DNA from: an uncultured Nitrospiraceae bacterium
GTDB taxonomy: Bacteria; Nitrospirota; Thermodesulfovibrionia; Thermodesulfovibrionales; UBA6898
Direction of reading: 5' to 3'
Length of the DNA stretch: 64,000 bases
Assembly: GCA_963811165.1 (NCBI GenBank)
Contig: CAWEQH010000004.1
Location: 736,001-800,000, forward strand
The notes under the pieces were generated by a model, which saw only the letters and a program-made list of their open reading frames with translations, searched no databases and was not told the origin of the DNA. Every line of letters begins with the position of its first letter. Position 1 is the stretch's first letter. Positions 8,295 through 18,121 of this stretch are shown here, piece after piece. The translations under genes and the position numbers were made by a program.

Positions 8295-10298
8295 ATGAAA
8301 TTGTTCAGGAAAACGGAGGAGCCTCAGCCGCCCGATCCGATTATCGAGGAGCTGAAAAATAAGCTTTCCGCCGCGGTCCTTCCGCCTCGTGCCGAAGAGG
8401 TCGCCCTTAAGGAACTGGAAATGCTCGGGAGGACCAACCCCTCGACCTCAGAATATACGATAGGGCTCGCCTATATTCAATATCTCGTCTCACTCCCCTG
8501 GAGTATAAGGACGGAGGACAACCTCGACATAAAGAGGGCCGAGAGAATACTTGATGAAGACCACTACGGGCTGCATCCTATAAAAGAGCGGATACTTGAG
8601 CACCTCGCGGTCAAGACGCTCAGGATGAACCGAAGGCCGCAGCTGCTGGTCGTCGACGACGAGGAGGTGGCCAGAAGAAACCTTGCGCATATTCTTTCAA
8701 AAGAGAACTATACGGTCGATACCGCCGCTAATGGAGTCGAGGCGCTGGCGAGGCTCAGGGAGTCTTCATACGACGTGATCCTTACGGACTACAAGATGGA
8801 AAAGATCGGCGGGATGGAGATACTCGAAAAGACGAAGTCGATGGCCCCCCAGACTGAGGTCATCATGATCACCGGCTATGCCGCCATAGACACTGCCGTT
8901 GAGGCGATGAAGAAGGGCGCGTTCCATTATTTGGTCAAGCCCTTTAAACTCGATGAAGTCAGGGAGGCGGTAAAACAGGCGCTCGCAAAGACGGACCCGC
9001 AGAAGGAGATGAAGGGGTCGGTCCTTTGTTTTGCAGGCCCGCCGGGCACCGGCAAGACTTCTATGGGGATGTCGATCGCGCGCGCCCTGGGGAGAAAATT
9101 CGGCGGGATATCCCTTGGCGGAATAAAGGACGAGGCCGAGATCAGGGGACATAGGCGGACGTATGCCGGCGCTATGTCCGGAAGGCTCATCGAGGAGATA
9201 CGAAGGTCCGGCACATGTAACCCCGTCCTCATCCTGGATGAGCTGGACAAGATCGGTTACGACTTCAAGGGCGATCCTGGTTCGGCGCTGCTTGAGGCGC
9301 TCGATCCGGGCCAGAACTGCCAGTTCATGGACCACTACCTCGACACGCCTTTTGACCTTTCACGGGTGATGTTCATCATCACGGCAAACGTGGCCGATAA
9401 CATTATGGACCCCCTCAGGGACAGGATGGAGGTCATAGAGTTTTCAGGGTATACGGAAGAGGAAAAGGTGAGGATCGCCTCGGAGTTCCTTGTCCCCAGG
9501 CAGATACGGGAGACGGGCATCTCTGTGTATCCGCCCGAGTTCTCCAATGAGGGCCTCTTCAGGATCGTCCAGGAATACACCCACGAGGCGGGCATACGGG
9601 ACCTTGAAAGGCATATCGCCTCGATCTGCCGAAAGATCGCGAGAGATTTTGTTCAGCATGGGGTGGGTGCCCAGTGTATCACCGTAGACAGGGACCTGGT
9701 CGAGGGGTTCCTCGGGCCGAGGAAATACTATTTCGAGACGGCCGAGGAAACGGACAGGGTCGGTGTTACCACGGGGCTTGTCTGGACCGAGGTGGGCGGG
9801 GAGATTATTTTTGTCGAGGCCCTGAAGATGAAGGGGAAACAGGAATTGATCCTCACCGGTTCACTGGGTGGAGTAATGAAGGAATCTGCCCAGGCTGCGC
9901 TGAGCTACGTAAGGAGCAATGCGGGCAGGTTTGGTATCGATGAGGATTTTTTTGAAAATCACGATGTGCATATCCACGTGCCCGCCGGTGCGATACCGAA
10001 GGACGGGCCTTCCGCGGGGGTAACGATCGCATTGGCACTGATTTCTCTTCTTACGGGAAGGCCCGCAAAGAGGTCTGCGGCCATAACCGGAGAACTTACC
10101 TTAAGCGGCAGGATACTCCCCGTCGGGGGAATAAAGGAAAAAATATTGGCGGCGCGAAGGGCAAGGCTTAAGACCGTGATTTTGCCTTCCAAAAATAAGG
10201 TCGAGATAGACATCCTTCCGGAAGAGGTGAAGGGAAAACTCGAGATCGTCTTTGCCGAGACGGTGGAAGACGTGGTCGGTTCGGTATTGATGAAATAA
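8295..10298 (+). CDS. lon: Lon (endopeptidase La) lacking most of the N-domain, with an inserted receiver (REC) domain
   Basis: [11 protein letters not shown] at aa ~116-231, [29 protein letters not shown] (catalytic Ser), GGIKEK (catalytic Lys). Confidence 0.93.
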   Translation: MKLFRKTEEPQPPDPIIEELKNKLSAAVLPPRAEEVALKELEMLGRTNPSTSEYTIGLAYIQYLVSLPWSIRTEDNLDIKRAERILDEDHYGLHPIKERILEHLAVKTLRMNRRPQLLVVDDEEVARRNLAHILSKENYTVDTAANGVEALARLRESSYDVILTDYKMEKIGGMEILEKTKSMAPQTEVIMITGYAAIDTAVEAMKKGAFHYLVKPFKLDEVREAVKQALAKTDPQKEMKGSVLCFAGPPGTGKTSMGMSIARALGRKFGGISLGGIKDEAEIRGHRRTYAGAMSGRLIEEIRRSGTCNPVLILDELDKIGYDFKGDPGSALLEALDPGQNCQFMDHYLDTPFDLSRVMFIITANVADNIMDPLRDRMEVIEFSGYTEEEKVRIASEFLVPRQIRETGISVYPPEFSNEGLFRIVQEYTHEAGIRDLERHIASICRKIARDFVQHGVGAQCITVDRDLVEGFLGPRKYYFETAEETDRVGVTTGLVWTEVGGEIIFVEALKMKGKQELILTGSLGGVMKESAQAALSYVRSNAGRFGIDEDFFENHDVHIHVPAGAIPKDGPSAGVTIALALISLLTGRPAKRSAAITGELTLSGRILPVGGIKEKILAARRARLKTVILPSKNKVEIDILPEEVKGKLEIVFAETVEDVVGSVLMK

Positions 10299-10494
10299 AA
10301 AAGACAGCTCAAACGGTCCTGCTTTTGCGTCGGAGCCGTGTAAGCTGCCTTTTAAGTCTTACTGCCTCGGGGGTGAAGATATTCTCATGGTCTTGTCGGG
10401 CCTTCTCCCGGAACTCATCCTGTCCCTTAAGGAGCCGTTTTATTCCCATCCTTAAGATGTAGACTAACAGTATTTCGATAGAAGACATGACCCG

Positions 10495-10523
10495 TTGACT
10501 GCTTTTGGGAACTATGGCATAAT
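10495..10523 (+). promoter_or_regulatory. putative sigma-70 promoter
   Basis: TTGACT-17 bp-CATAAT upstream of the cytochrome gene. Confidence 0.55.
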
Positions 10524-10615
10524 CTCGATAATTTTGGATTCACGGTATTTGGCTCTATCAGGTTGGACGGTTATCTTTGGTGAAGGATGCGTTAAGTCAA
10601 TCAGGAAGGGGGGGA

Positions 10616-11476
10616 ATGATGAGAAGAGGAATAATAAGTCTGATGGCCATGGTAGTGCTGACTGTCGGGTTTTCCTTGTTTGCACTTTGTTCCGGCGCGG
10701 CTGCTCAGACAGACTCCCCTGCACAAAAAAGTTGTGCGGAGTGTCATGCCGCCCAAGCGGATGAGATAAAAGCTGACGGAGGGAAGCATAGGGCCGTTCC
10801 ATGCGTGGGCTGCCATCTGGGGCACCCGCCCACAGCCAGGAAGGCGCTCCAGTCGTGCAACCGATGCCATCTGATAAAGAAGAAGGCCCACTTTGAACTC
10901 GGAAACTGCCGCGGTTGCCACAGGAACCCGCATACTCCTCTGAACATTTCTTTTTCCGATATAAAAGGTAATTGCATTTCCTGTCATTCAGCCCAGGTTG
11001 CCATGCTCAGAGAAAATAAAAGCAAACATAGCGCTATTGAGTGTTCCACCTGCCATAACGTCCACCGGAAGGTTCCCGAGTGCACCCGGTGCCACAAACC
11101 TCACGCAGCGGATATGGTAGTGGCCGAATGCCGGGAATGCCACAAGGCGCACATGCCGGTGCCGGTGACCTATGCCGCCACTATCCCGTCAAAGGACTGC
11201 GGCGGGTGCCACCGGGGGGCCCTAGTTGTGCTCGGCGCCAGCGAGACCAAGCACAGGCCCCTGGCATGTGCATTCTGCCATCAGAATAAGCACAGGATGG
11301 TGCCGAAGTGCCAGGGCTGCCATGGTTCGCCGCATCCGGAGGGCATGATGGCAAGATTCCCGAAATGCGGCAGCTGCCATAACATCGCGCATGATCTGAA
11401 TAACTGGACTGCGCCGCCGCAGCAAAAAGAATTGCCAAAGACGGCGCTTAATGAATCAACGAAGAAAAAGAAATAG
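10616..11476 (+). CDS. periplasmic multiheme cytochrome c (12 CxxCH)
   Basis: Signal peptide; 12 CxxCH motifs counted, arranged as four triheme-like repeats. Confidence 0.93.
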   Translation: MMRRGIISLMAMVVLTVGFSLFALCSGAAAQTDSPAQKSCAECHAAQADEIKADGGKHRAVPCVGCHLGHPPTARKALQSCNRCHLIKKKAHFELGNCRGCHRNPHTPLNISFSDIKGNCISCHSAQVAMLRENKSKHSAIECSTCHNVHRKVPECTRCHKPHAADMVVAECRECHKAHMPVPVTYAATIPSKDCGGCHRGALVVLGASETKHRPLACAFCHQNKHRMVPKCQGCHGSPHPEGMMARFPKCGSCHNIAHDLNNWTAPPQQKELPKTALNESTKKKK

Positions 11477-11489
11477 TATCCCGTTTCAG

Positions 11490-11535
11490 GACAGCGGGGG
11501 CCCGTGAAATTTTACGGGCTCCCGCTGTCTTTTTT
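11490..11535 (+). terminator. intrinsic terminator
   Basis: GACAGCGGGGGCCCGT...ACGGGCTCCCGCTGTC followed by a T-tract. Confidence 0.85.
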
Positions 11536-11593
11536 AAACACGGGAGGGAGCGAGGGCATAGAAACAGAAATCTGTTTTCATTTATAATGGACT

Positions 11594-12193
11594 ATGTTCA
11601 CGGGAGAAGACAAAGCATGGGAACTTGTTAAAGACCTTGACCCGGCCGATGTTTGCCGGAACGCACGTGCCGCATTTAATCACCATTCAGGGTCCTATAT
11701 TCTAAAGTCATTCGGCATGGATATTAATGTGGAGCCCCAGAATAAAGGATTACACTGCGATGGGCCGAACGGGACGCTTCTTCTTGAAAAAATCGGATAT
11801 TTCTCAAAGGTGTCCATCCTCTGGTATCTTGTGGGGGCAAGGGACATTTTACCCTCGGGGAACCTGATAAAACCGGAGAACCTAAAAGGCGGCCTTATTT
11901 TTTTCAGGGGGACCCACGTCCTTCCCTTAGACAGGCTTGCATCGAGATACCAGGATTGCAAAGAGCGGTTTTTAAGCCGGGCAGAGGAGCTTGGCGGGGA
12001 TAGATTGGATTACGGCGACGCCTCTGTCCGTCTTTTCCCCTTTCCGAGGGTGCCGGTCGTGATTATCCTCAGGAGGGGAGATGATGAATTCCCTCCGGCT
12101 GCGGACCTTCTCTTTGACAGCACGTGCCAGCTGCATCTTGCCCTCGACGTGCTTTGGGCAGTGGCGATGCAGAGCATACTGATAATGATGTAA
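11594..12193 (+). CDS. DUF3786 domain protein
   Basis: GGLIFFRG, GDASVRLFPFPRVP, GDDEFPP..LLFD motifs. Confidence 0.8.
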   Translation: MFTGEDKAWELVKDLDPADVCRNARAAFNHHSGSYILKSFGMDINVEPQNKGLHCDGPNGTLLLEKIGYFSKVSILWYLVGARDILPSGNLIKPENLKGGLIFFRGTHVLPLDRLASRYQDCKERFLSRAEELGGDRLDYGDASVRLFPFPRVPVVIILRRGDDEFPPAADLLFDSTCQLHLALDVLWAVAMQSILIMM

Positions 12194-12240
12194 GGCGATC
12201 AGTGGAAGTAAGAAGTAGCGGCGATTCATGAATTGCCATC

Positions 12241-12273
12241 ACTAAGCGGTGAAAGAACCCGCTTAGTATTTTT
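12241..12273 (+). terminator. intrinsic terminator
   Basis: ACTAAGCGG-loop-CCGCTTAGT-ATTTTT. Confidence 0.65.
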
Positions 12274-12285
12274 CCCTTTTTGCCT

Positions 12286-12891
12286 TCACTTGATAAGCGA
12301 TCTGATAAAGTGAAGGTAATTGGCGTCTTTAGCGGTCAGCTCCACACCCATACCGTTTTTATGCTCTTTCATCGGGACGCCCATAACCTTGCCTAATGAG
12401 GCCTTCATCGCCCTTCTTACTTTTCCCTGAAGAGACGACATGCTCCCGTCCGGAAGATGGACCATGATATCGATGACGGTATCGGCCGTAAAGGGATAGT
12501 TTGTCCTTATGAAAAGCCCGTTTATCGAAAAATCGCTGGCTATTCCCCTGTTGGTGACACCCGATGCGGTAAATTCAGCCTCGCACCGTCTCATGAACCT
12601 TCTGAAACGCCTCTTGTTCCGTGAATCTCCGGATGGCTGGACCTCTTCTTTTTTTTGGTGCCTGCCAGCAGAAGATTTCTTTTCAATACCCTGCCATGTT
12701 TCCATCTCCTGTGCGAGTATTAGCAGGTCATCCCTCGAAAGTCTTAGGACTGCCGAAAGACGGTCGGACGACCGGAAGTAAACAGCATGCTCTTTTTTAG
12801 AGAAAAAGACCTCCCATGGTCCGATTTCATCCACCTTTAAGGCATGATCGGGGACACCGGGGTGGGCATTATCTTTTTCTTCTTTTCCCAT
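12286..12891 (-). CDS. PilZ domain protein
   Basis: RRFRR and DFSINGLFI c-di-GMP motifs, GMGVE; start at ATG 12891 or TTG 12903. Confidence 0.85.
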   Translation of the reverse strand: MGKEEKDNAHPGVPDHALKVDEIGPWEVFFSKKEHAVYFRSSDRLSAVLRLSRDDLLILAQEMETWQGIEKKSSAGRHQKKEEVQPSGDSRNKRRFRRFMRRCEAEFTASGVTNRGIASDFSINGLFIRTNYPFTADTVIDIMVHLPDGSMSSLQGKVRRAMKASLGKVMGVPMKEHKNGMGVELTAKDANYLHFIRSLIK

Positions 12892-12917
12892 TAGTAACGG
12901 CAACTCCTTTCAATTAT

Positions 12918-13232
12918 TTATTTCAGAAAAGAACAACAGTAGTCGATAACTTCACTGACCTTTAAATTGAATTTCGAGTCTGCCGGGACCTCGAATGATT
13001 CGCCTCCCTTGACCGTTTTCCATGCTGTCTGGCCTTTGATGAGCACCTCAAGGTCACCCGACATGATTTCCATGAGCTCTTTGTCGCCGGTATTGAACTC
13101 ATACTCACCGGGCAACATGACGCCTAGAGTCTTTTTTGAGCCGTCTTCGAAAAGGATCGTCCGGCTCGTCACCTTTCCCCCGAAATAGATATTAGCCTTC
13201 CTGACAACTGTTACGCATTTGAATTCAGCCAT
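12918..13232 (-). CDS. ppnP: pyrimidine/purine nucleoside phosphorylase (DUF1255)
   Basis: [13 protein letters not shown]...[15 protein letters not shown]...ELMEI. Confidence 0.9.
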   Translation of the reverse strand: MAEFKCVTVVRKANIYFGGKVTSRTILFEDGSKKTLGVMLPGEYEFNTGDKELMEIMSGDLEVLIKGQTAWKTVKGGESFEVPADSKFNLKVSEVIDYCCSFLK

Positions 13233-13282
13233 CGCCCACCTCTTAAATCTTAATTACAAAAAAGAACTAAATAGGCAGTCAT

Positions 13283-14572
13283 CTAGGGTCTTTTTACCGT
13301 CGTTCGCTTCCTGCCGGTGCTCTCATGACGTCTGCCTCCCTGGCCTTTGCTTTGCCCTCTGCTGTGAAGAGGCCCCCCTGTTCGGTCTTTCCGTCGCTGT
13401 GGAGCCGGTTTTTTATAGTCCGCAGCGATGAAGCTGTCTTCGACAGGTTTGACCGGGATCTTCTGCTTGATGTATTCCTCGATTGCTTCAAGCGCATAGA
13501 CATAATCCTCGCACGCAAAACTTATCGCCTTGCCGGCCGCGCCTGCCCTGGCTGTACGTCCTATCCTGTGCACATAGTCCTCGCTGTCCTGGGGGAGGTC
13601 GTAGTTGATGACGTGTGTGACGCCTTCGATATGAAGGCCACGGCTTGCAACATCGGTTGCCACGAGGATCGGCAGCTTACCTTCTTTGAACCGGGTGAGG
13701 ATCTTCATCCTCTTCAGCTGGGGAAGGTCTCCGGTGATCGTGGCCGCAGCGATGTCGTTTGCCTTGAAAAGGGCGTCGAGCTTTTCGGCGGTCGACTTCA
13801 TATTGACAAAGACAAGAATACGGCTATTCTGTTCCCTCCTGAGGATACCCAGCAGGAGACCGGGTTTTTCTTCCTTGCCGACATGGTAAAGCTCCTGAGT
13901 GATGAGTTTAACCGTTACCTGCTCGGGTGAGATCTCGATCCTTTCAGGCAGGTTCATATGCTCGTAGCATAGTTCCATTACCCTCGTAGAGAGCGTGGCC
14001 GAAAAGAGCATTGATTGCCGCTTGTCGTAGGGCGACATCCTCCTCAGAAGGAAGCGGAGGTCACTGATAAACCCCATATCGAACATGCGGTCTGCCTCGT
14101 CAATGACAAGGAATTCAGTCTTTTTGAGACTATAGATCCGCTGTTTGAGGTAATCGATCAGCCTGCCGGGCGTCCCTACTATAATGTCGACCTCTTCGCC
14201 CAGTGACTCCATTTGCTTCCGGTAATCCATGCCGCCGAAGATAGGTGCGATCGAGAAGTTCGTGAACTGTCCCAGTATCCGGGCCTCGGCATCGATCTGG
14301 GCCACAAGTTCTCTGGTTGGGGCCACAATGAGGGCGCGTGGCGACGGCCCGCGTCCGGGCCCCGGCTTTGCAAGCATGCGGGAGAAAAGGGTGATAAGGA
14401 AGACAGCGGTCTTACCGGTGCCGGTCTGGGCCTGGACAGCGACGTCTTTGCCGGTGAGTGCCACTGGCAGTGCAGCGGCCTGTACAGGGGTGCAGCGTGT
14501 GAAGTTTGCTGCCCTGATGCCCTTTAAGACCTTATCGGGGATATCCAGTTCTTCAAATAGCATATCGGTCAT
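13283..14572 (-). CDS. rhlB: DEAD-box RNA helicase, RhlB-like
   Basis: AQTGTGKT, PTREL, DEADRMFDMGF, SAT, YVHRIGRTARAG. Confidence 0.85.
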   Translation of the reverse strand: MTDMLFEELDIPDKVLKGIRAANFTRCTPVQAAALPVALTGKDVAVQAQTGTGKTAVFLITLFSRMLAKPGPGRGPSPRALIVAPTRELVAQIDAEARILGQFTNFSIAPIFGGMDYRKQMESLGEEVDIIVGTPGRLIDYLKQRIYSLKKTEFLVIDEADRMFDMGFISDLRFLLRRMSPYDKRQSMLFSATLSTRVMELCYEHMNLPERIEISPEQVTVKLITQELYHVGKEEKPGLLLGILRREQNSRILVFVNMKSTAEKLDALFKANDIAAATITGDLPQLKRMKILTRFKEGKLPILVATDVASRGLHIEGVTHVINYDLPQDSEDYVHRIGRTARAGAAGKAISFACEDYVYALEAIEEYIKQKIPVKPVEDSFIAADYKKPAPQRRKDRTGGPLHSRGQSKGQGGRRHESTGRKRTTVKRP

Positions 14573-14950
14573 TATACCCCATTTGGAAACCCTAAAGCTC
14601 TATGAATCAGCTTTTGCTATTATAATCCGGATCGAAAAAAAATTGAATAATACCGCTCGGTTCATATGGGATGAACCTATACGTCCGGACCGGGCCCTGA
14701 TATTAAAGGACCTCCCTGAATAATCCGATAAAGAAGCAGAAAGAAGAGACGCCGAATGTTTTATACCGACACAAACGGGCATATGCCGGAAAAGTACAGC
14801 ACGGCATTGGTGATCCTAGAGATACTGATGGAATCAGTCCCCCTGGATGAAATAGACTTTGAGGTATTTAATGCGATCGCTAAAGATATAAACCAATGTG
14901 GCGAAGGATTGCTGAAGGAGGAATAAAGGGAGCGGTCGCCTTCGTCCCTT

Positions 14951-15805
14951 TTATCCTTTTACCACTAATACCGGACAGGGGGCATACCCAATGACCTTTT
15001 CGGTAACGCTCCCCATGAGAAGCCTCTTCAGCCCTGTTCTTCCGTGGCTCCCCATGATGATAACATCGATGTTTTCTTTACGTGAGAGTTTCGTTATGAC
15101 TTCGAAGGCTTCGCCCTCTCCCACAAATGTCGAGGTCGCGACGTCCTTCGTTTCCGCCTTATTCTTGGCGGCCGCTACGAAGCCCTTTGCACTTACGATG
15201 AGTTTGTCTACCGCGGCGGGGGCCTCTGCGTAAAATTCGGAGGGCACGTCCACTACCGACACCGCAATAAGGGATCCGCCATAGGACTTTGCAAAATCTA
15301 TTGCCCTGTCGGCAGCCAGTTCGCTATCGCGCGAGCCGTCAGTGGCGACCAATATTTTTTTCCATCCTATGGCCGTTCCTTCGGGAACCACGAGCACGTC
15401 CCGCTGACTGTGGCCGATAACGCGGGCGGTAACATTGCCGATGAGCGACTTTTCCGTTGTGGACGTCCCGCGTCTTCCCATAATTACGACCCCGCAGTTT
15501 TCAGCCTCGGCAAGGTCGACGAGTCTATCGTAAATCTCCCCTTCTTCCAGGACAGTCTTTATGAGTGCGCCTTCCCTTTTTGCCAAGGCATTGGCCCTGG
15601 AGAGTATCTCCTCCCCAGGGCGTCTCAATGCGTTATGAATATCGCCTACGGCTATAAGGTTGATGTCGCCGTCGTAAGTCGGGACTACCGTCGCCACGGT
15701 TATCCATGATTTTTCTTCAGTGGCCAGTCTGAACGACTGAAGAAGAGCGTTCGTACCCGATGAAGAGCCGTCGTAGGCAACGAGTATCTTTTTGTATCTC
15801 CCCAT
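14951..15805 (-). CDS. universal stress protein (tandem USP domains)
   Basis: Two KKILVA(Y/T)DGS...MG(R/S)xG...(I/M)GxV repeats. Confidence 0.92.
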   Translation of the reverse strand: MGRYKKILVAYDGSSSGTNALLQSFRLATEEKSWITVATVVPTYDGDINLIAVGDIHNALRRPGEEILSRANALAKREGALIKTVLEEGEIYDRLVDLAEAENCGVVIMGRRGTSTTEKSLIGNVTARVIGHSQRDVLVVPEGTAIGWKKILVATDGSRDSELAADRAIDFAKSYGGSLIAVSVVDVPSEFYAEAPAAVDKLIVSAKGFVAAAKNKAETKDVATSTFVGEGEAFEVITKLSRKENIDVIIMGSHGRTGLKRLLMGSVTEKVIGYAPCPVLVVKG

Positions 15806-15807
15806 GC

Positions 15808-16896
15808 CTATATCTTAACCGTTTCGAATGCCTCCTGCGCGCTTAGCCGTTCAGCGCGGCGGCCCTGCCACATTGCTTTGAGAACGATGAAGGCCCCTAT
15901 CAGGAGCGCCGCAATCATAATGAGAAAGCTGGAGCTCTTCAGGATCTTTACCGTTGTGACGTCGATTGTCTGGATAAGACCGAGCTGCGCAAGATACACC
16001 GGCACCATCAGGCCACGGCTGAACAGGACGATGACCATGATGACTCCCATTACGACCTTGATAATGAAGGGTTTCACATAGGTTGTTCCCATGGCTCCCA
16101 ACTGGATTCCAAAGAGTGAGCCGCCCAGTATTATCATCGCCAGCCTTATATCTACGAGGCCATGCATCGCGTACTTAAACGATCCTCCAAGGCCCATGAC
16201 AAAGGCGATCACAAGTTCCGTTGCCGAGGCCATGAGGCTGGGGGCGCCCAGAACGTAGATCATCGCCGGTACGCCGATAAAGCCCCCGACCGCGATAGTT
16301 GCGGCGAGCATGCCAGTGGCGAAGCCAAGCGGGATCGTAAAGAGAACGGAGATGCGGGCATTGAGGCTCTTGAAATAGACCATAGTGCCCGGAATATTGA
16401 CCGACTGGACCCAGCGGGCAAGTTTCGTAATCTTCTCTTCTTCGTTCGTAGTCCCCGACTTATAGGTCTTCCATGCGTCCCTTAGTACGAACCCGCCGAC
16501 GACGGCAAGGATTACGACAAACGCTACACTTACATAAAGATTCGAGCCCGCGTCTCCAAAGGCCTTTTTGATGCTTTCCTGAATGTGTGCGCCGTAAAGA
16601 ACTCCTGCCTCTGCAGATATCCCGAGGACAATACCGAGCTTAACATCCACCTGGCCGTACTTGGCGCGTTTTATCGAGCCGATAAGGGCCTTAGGGAATT
16701 TGTGACACATATTGCTCGCTACTGCCACTAGTCCGGGAACGCCGAGACTCATCATACCCGGAGTGAGTACGAAGGCTCCGCCCGAACCTATGAATCCGCT
16801 TACGAGGCCGCCGACAAATCCTACGAGGAAAAGGTAGGTGATATTTACGGCATCGAGGGCTATGAAATTTGACGCCAGATTTGCGATATCGTGCAT
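15808..16896 (-). CDS. sulfite exporter TauE/SafE family membrane protein
   Basis: GFIGSGGAFVLTP and AVGGFIGVP repeats; multiple TM helices. Confidence 0.9.
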   Translation of the reverse strand: MHDIANLASNFIALDAVNITYLFLVGFVGGLVSGFIGSGGAFVLTPGMMSLGVPGLVAVASNMCHKFPKALIGSIKRAKYGQVDVKLGIVLGISAEAGVLYGAHIQESIKKAFGDAGSNLYVSVAFVVILAVVGGFVLRDAWKTYKSGTTNEEEKITKLARWVQSVNIPGTMVYFKSLNARISVLFTIPLGFATGMLAATIAVGGFIGVPAMIYVLGAPSLMASATELVIAFVMGLGGSFKYAMHGLVDIRLAMIILGGSLFGIQLGAMGTTYVKPFIIKVVMGVIMVIVLFSRGLMVPVYLAQLGLIQTIDVTTVKILKSSSFLIMIAALLIGAFIVLKAMWQGRRAERLSAQEAFETVKI

Positions 16897-16897
16897 G

Positions 16898-17155
16898 TTA
16901 CTTTACCTCCTTTTTCTTTTTCGAGGCCTCGATACCCAACACCGTCCAGAAATTGCCTGTAAAAGAACCATGTATGAATGAGAATAAAAATGCGGTGGCG
17001 ATGGGCAATAATGCGTACGCCCCTCCCGCTGAGAAGAACTTTGTGATAATATCTTGTTTGGTAAGCAGTAATGCGTAAAGTGCCGCTGAGAGAAGCCCCA
17101 TGATGAGCAGACTCCCATAGGGCTTCCTTTTTGTATTTTGTCTGTTTTTTGACAT
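16898..17155 (-). CDS. small two-TM membrane protein
   Basis: GGAGG RBS; FSFIHGSFTGNFW; co-oriented in the operon. Confidence 0.8.
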   Translation of the reverse strand: MSKNRQNTKRKPYGSLLIMGLLSAALYALLLTKQDIITKFFSAGGAYALLPIATAFLFSFIHGSFTGNFWTVLGIEASKKKKEVK

Positions 17156-17185
17156 TATTCCTCCGTTAAAAAGATAGTTGACTTG

Positions 17186-17368
17186 TTACTTTCTTGCGGT
17201 CTTTACGACCGTCCTTACGTCCCTGTCCATCCTTCTTGTTACCCTGTTCCTTGAACCTTCACCTTTGCGCATCATTTCCCTTGCGGTCTCGAACTCACCT
17301 GCCTCGGCAAATGTCACGGCTGACATAATGTCGTCGAACCTTGCGAATAATCTTGTGAACATTTTCAT
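17186..17368 (-). CDS. small protein with AxxFAEAG motif
   Basis: AGGAGG RBS; DDIMSAVTFAEAGEFETAREMM. Confidence 0.75.
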   Translation of the reverse strand: MKMFTRLFARFDDIMSAVTFAEAGEFETAREMMRKGEGSRNRVTRRMDRDVRTVVKTARK

Positions 17369-17386
17369 TTTATTTCCTCCTTTTCT

Positions 17387-17878
17387 TTAGTTATAAGCCT
17401 CAGCCTTTAGAGGCACTGTTATATTGACGATCGGTTTTGAGATATTTTTCATCAGTTTCTTTAAATCCAGTATCTTTTTGTTCCCGGCCAGTGTCGGACT
17501 CAAAAGGACCATGTCCACTCCGGGACTCTGCTTGAGATAATCTTTTATTGCTGTTTCGGCGTCACCCAATGCCACCCGGTGTACGAGATCGACCGATATT
17601 TCTCTCGCTCTTTCGGTCATCTCACCTATCTTTTTCTTATCTGTTTCTTTGAGGGTGGTTTCCTCTGAATCAAGGAGGGTCTTGACGGTATTGAAATCTC
17701 CTGCTTCGGCAAACGCAGCAACGGACATTGCCTCCTCAAAACTAATTAACACGTACTTTGGGTATACCACCAGCACCGCGATATTTGAATTAAGCGCTTT
17801 TGCAAGCTCCAGGACATATGAGAACCCTCCGTCGCAGTTTTCACCTCCTTTAGTTACGAATAATATTTTTTCTTTCAT
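17387..17878 (-). CDS. USP-like protein with AxxFAEAG insertion
   Basis: KILFVTKG...YVLELAK, EEAMSVAAFAEAGDF, VDMVLLSP. Confidence 0.75.
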   Translation of the reverse strand: MKEKILFVTKGGENCDGGFSYVLELAKALNSNIAVLVVYPKYVLISFEEAMSVAAFAEAGDFNTVKTLLDSEETTLKETDKKKIGEMTERAREISVDLVHRVALGDAETAIKDYLKQSPGVDMVLLSPTLAGNKKILDLKKLMKNISKPIVNITVPLKAEAYN

Positions 17879-17914
17879 AATTTTTTGCCTCCTCGCAATC
17901 TTATATCATTGTTA

Positions 17915-17999
17915 TCCAAAAGGTGTGCCACTTTGTAACTATTTGAAAGTAAATGGAAAACTCTGAATAGAATACAAATGGTCTGTTTCACTATGAAAC
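17915..17999 (-). promoter_or_regulatory. putative sigma-54 promoter with IHF site and activator palindrome
   Basis: Minus strand TGGCAC-ACCTT-TTGG (17915-17930, non-canonical -12); IHF-like TTTCAAATAGTTA; GTTTCA-CTA-TGAAAC at 17985-17999. Confidence 0.55.
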
Positions 18000-18121
18000 G
18001 TAAGTGAACGATTTTAGGCTGGTGTTCGACTACTGTAGATTAGATTGGGTTGCTAATGCGCATCCACCCTGCACGACCCAGAGTGAATCTTGTATTAATG
18101 ATTAGTGACGGGCCGAATGGA

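Noticed and set aside
14756..14925. Possible ~56-aa acidic ORF (MFYTDTNGHMPEKYSTALVILE...)
   Set aside because: Short, no clear RBS and no recognisable motif; not enough support.
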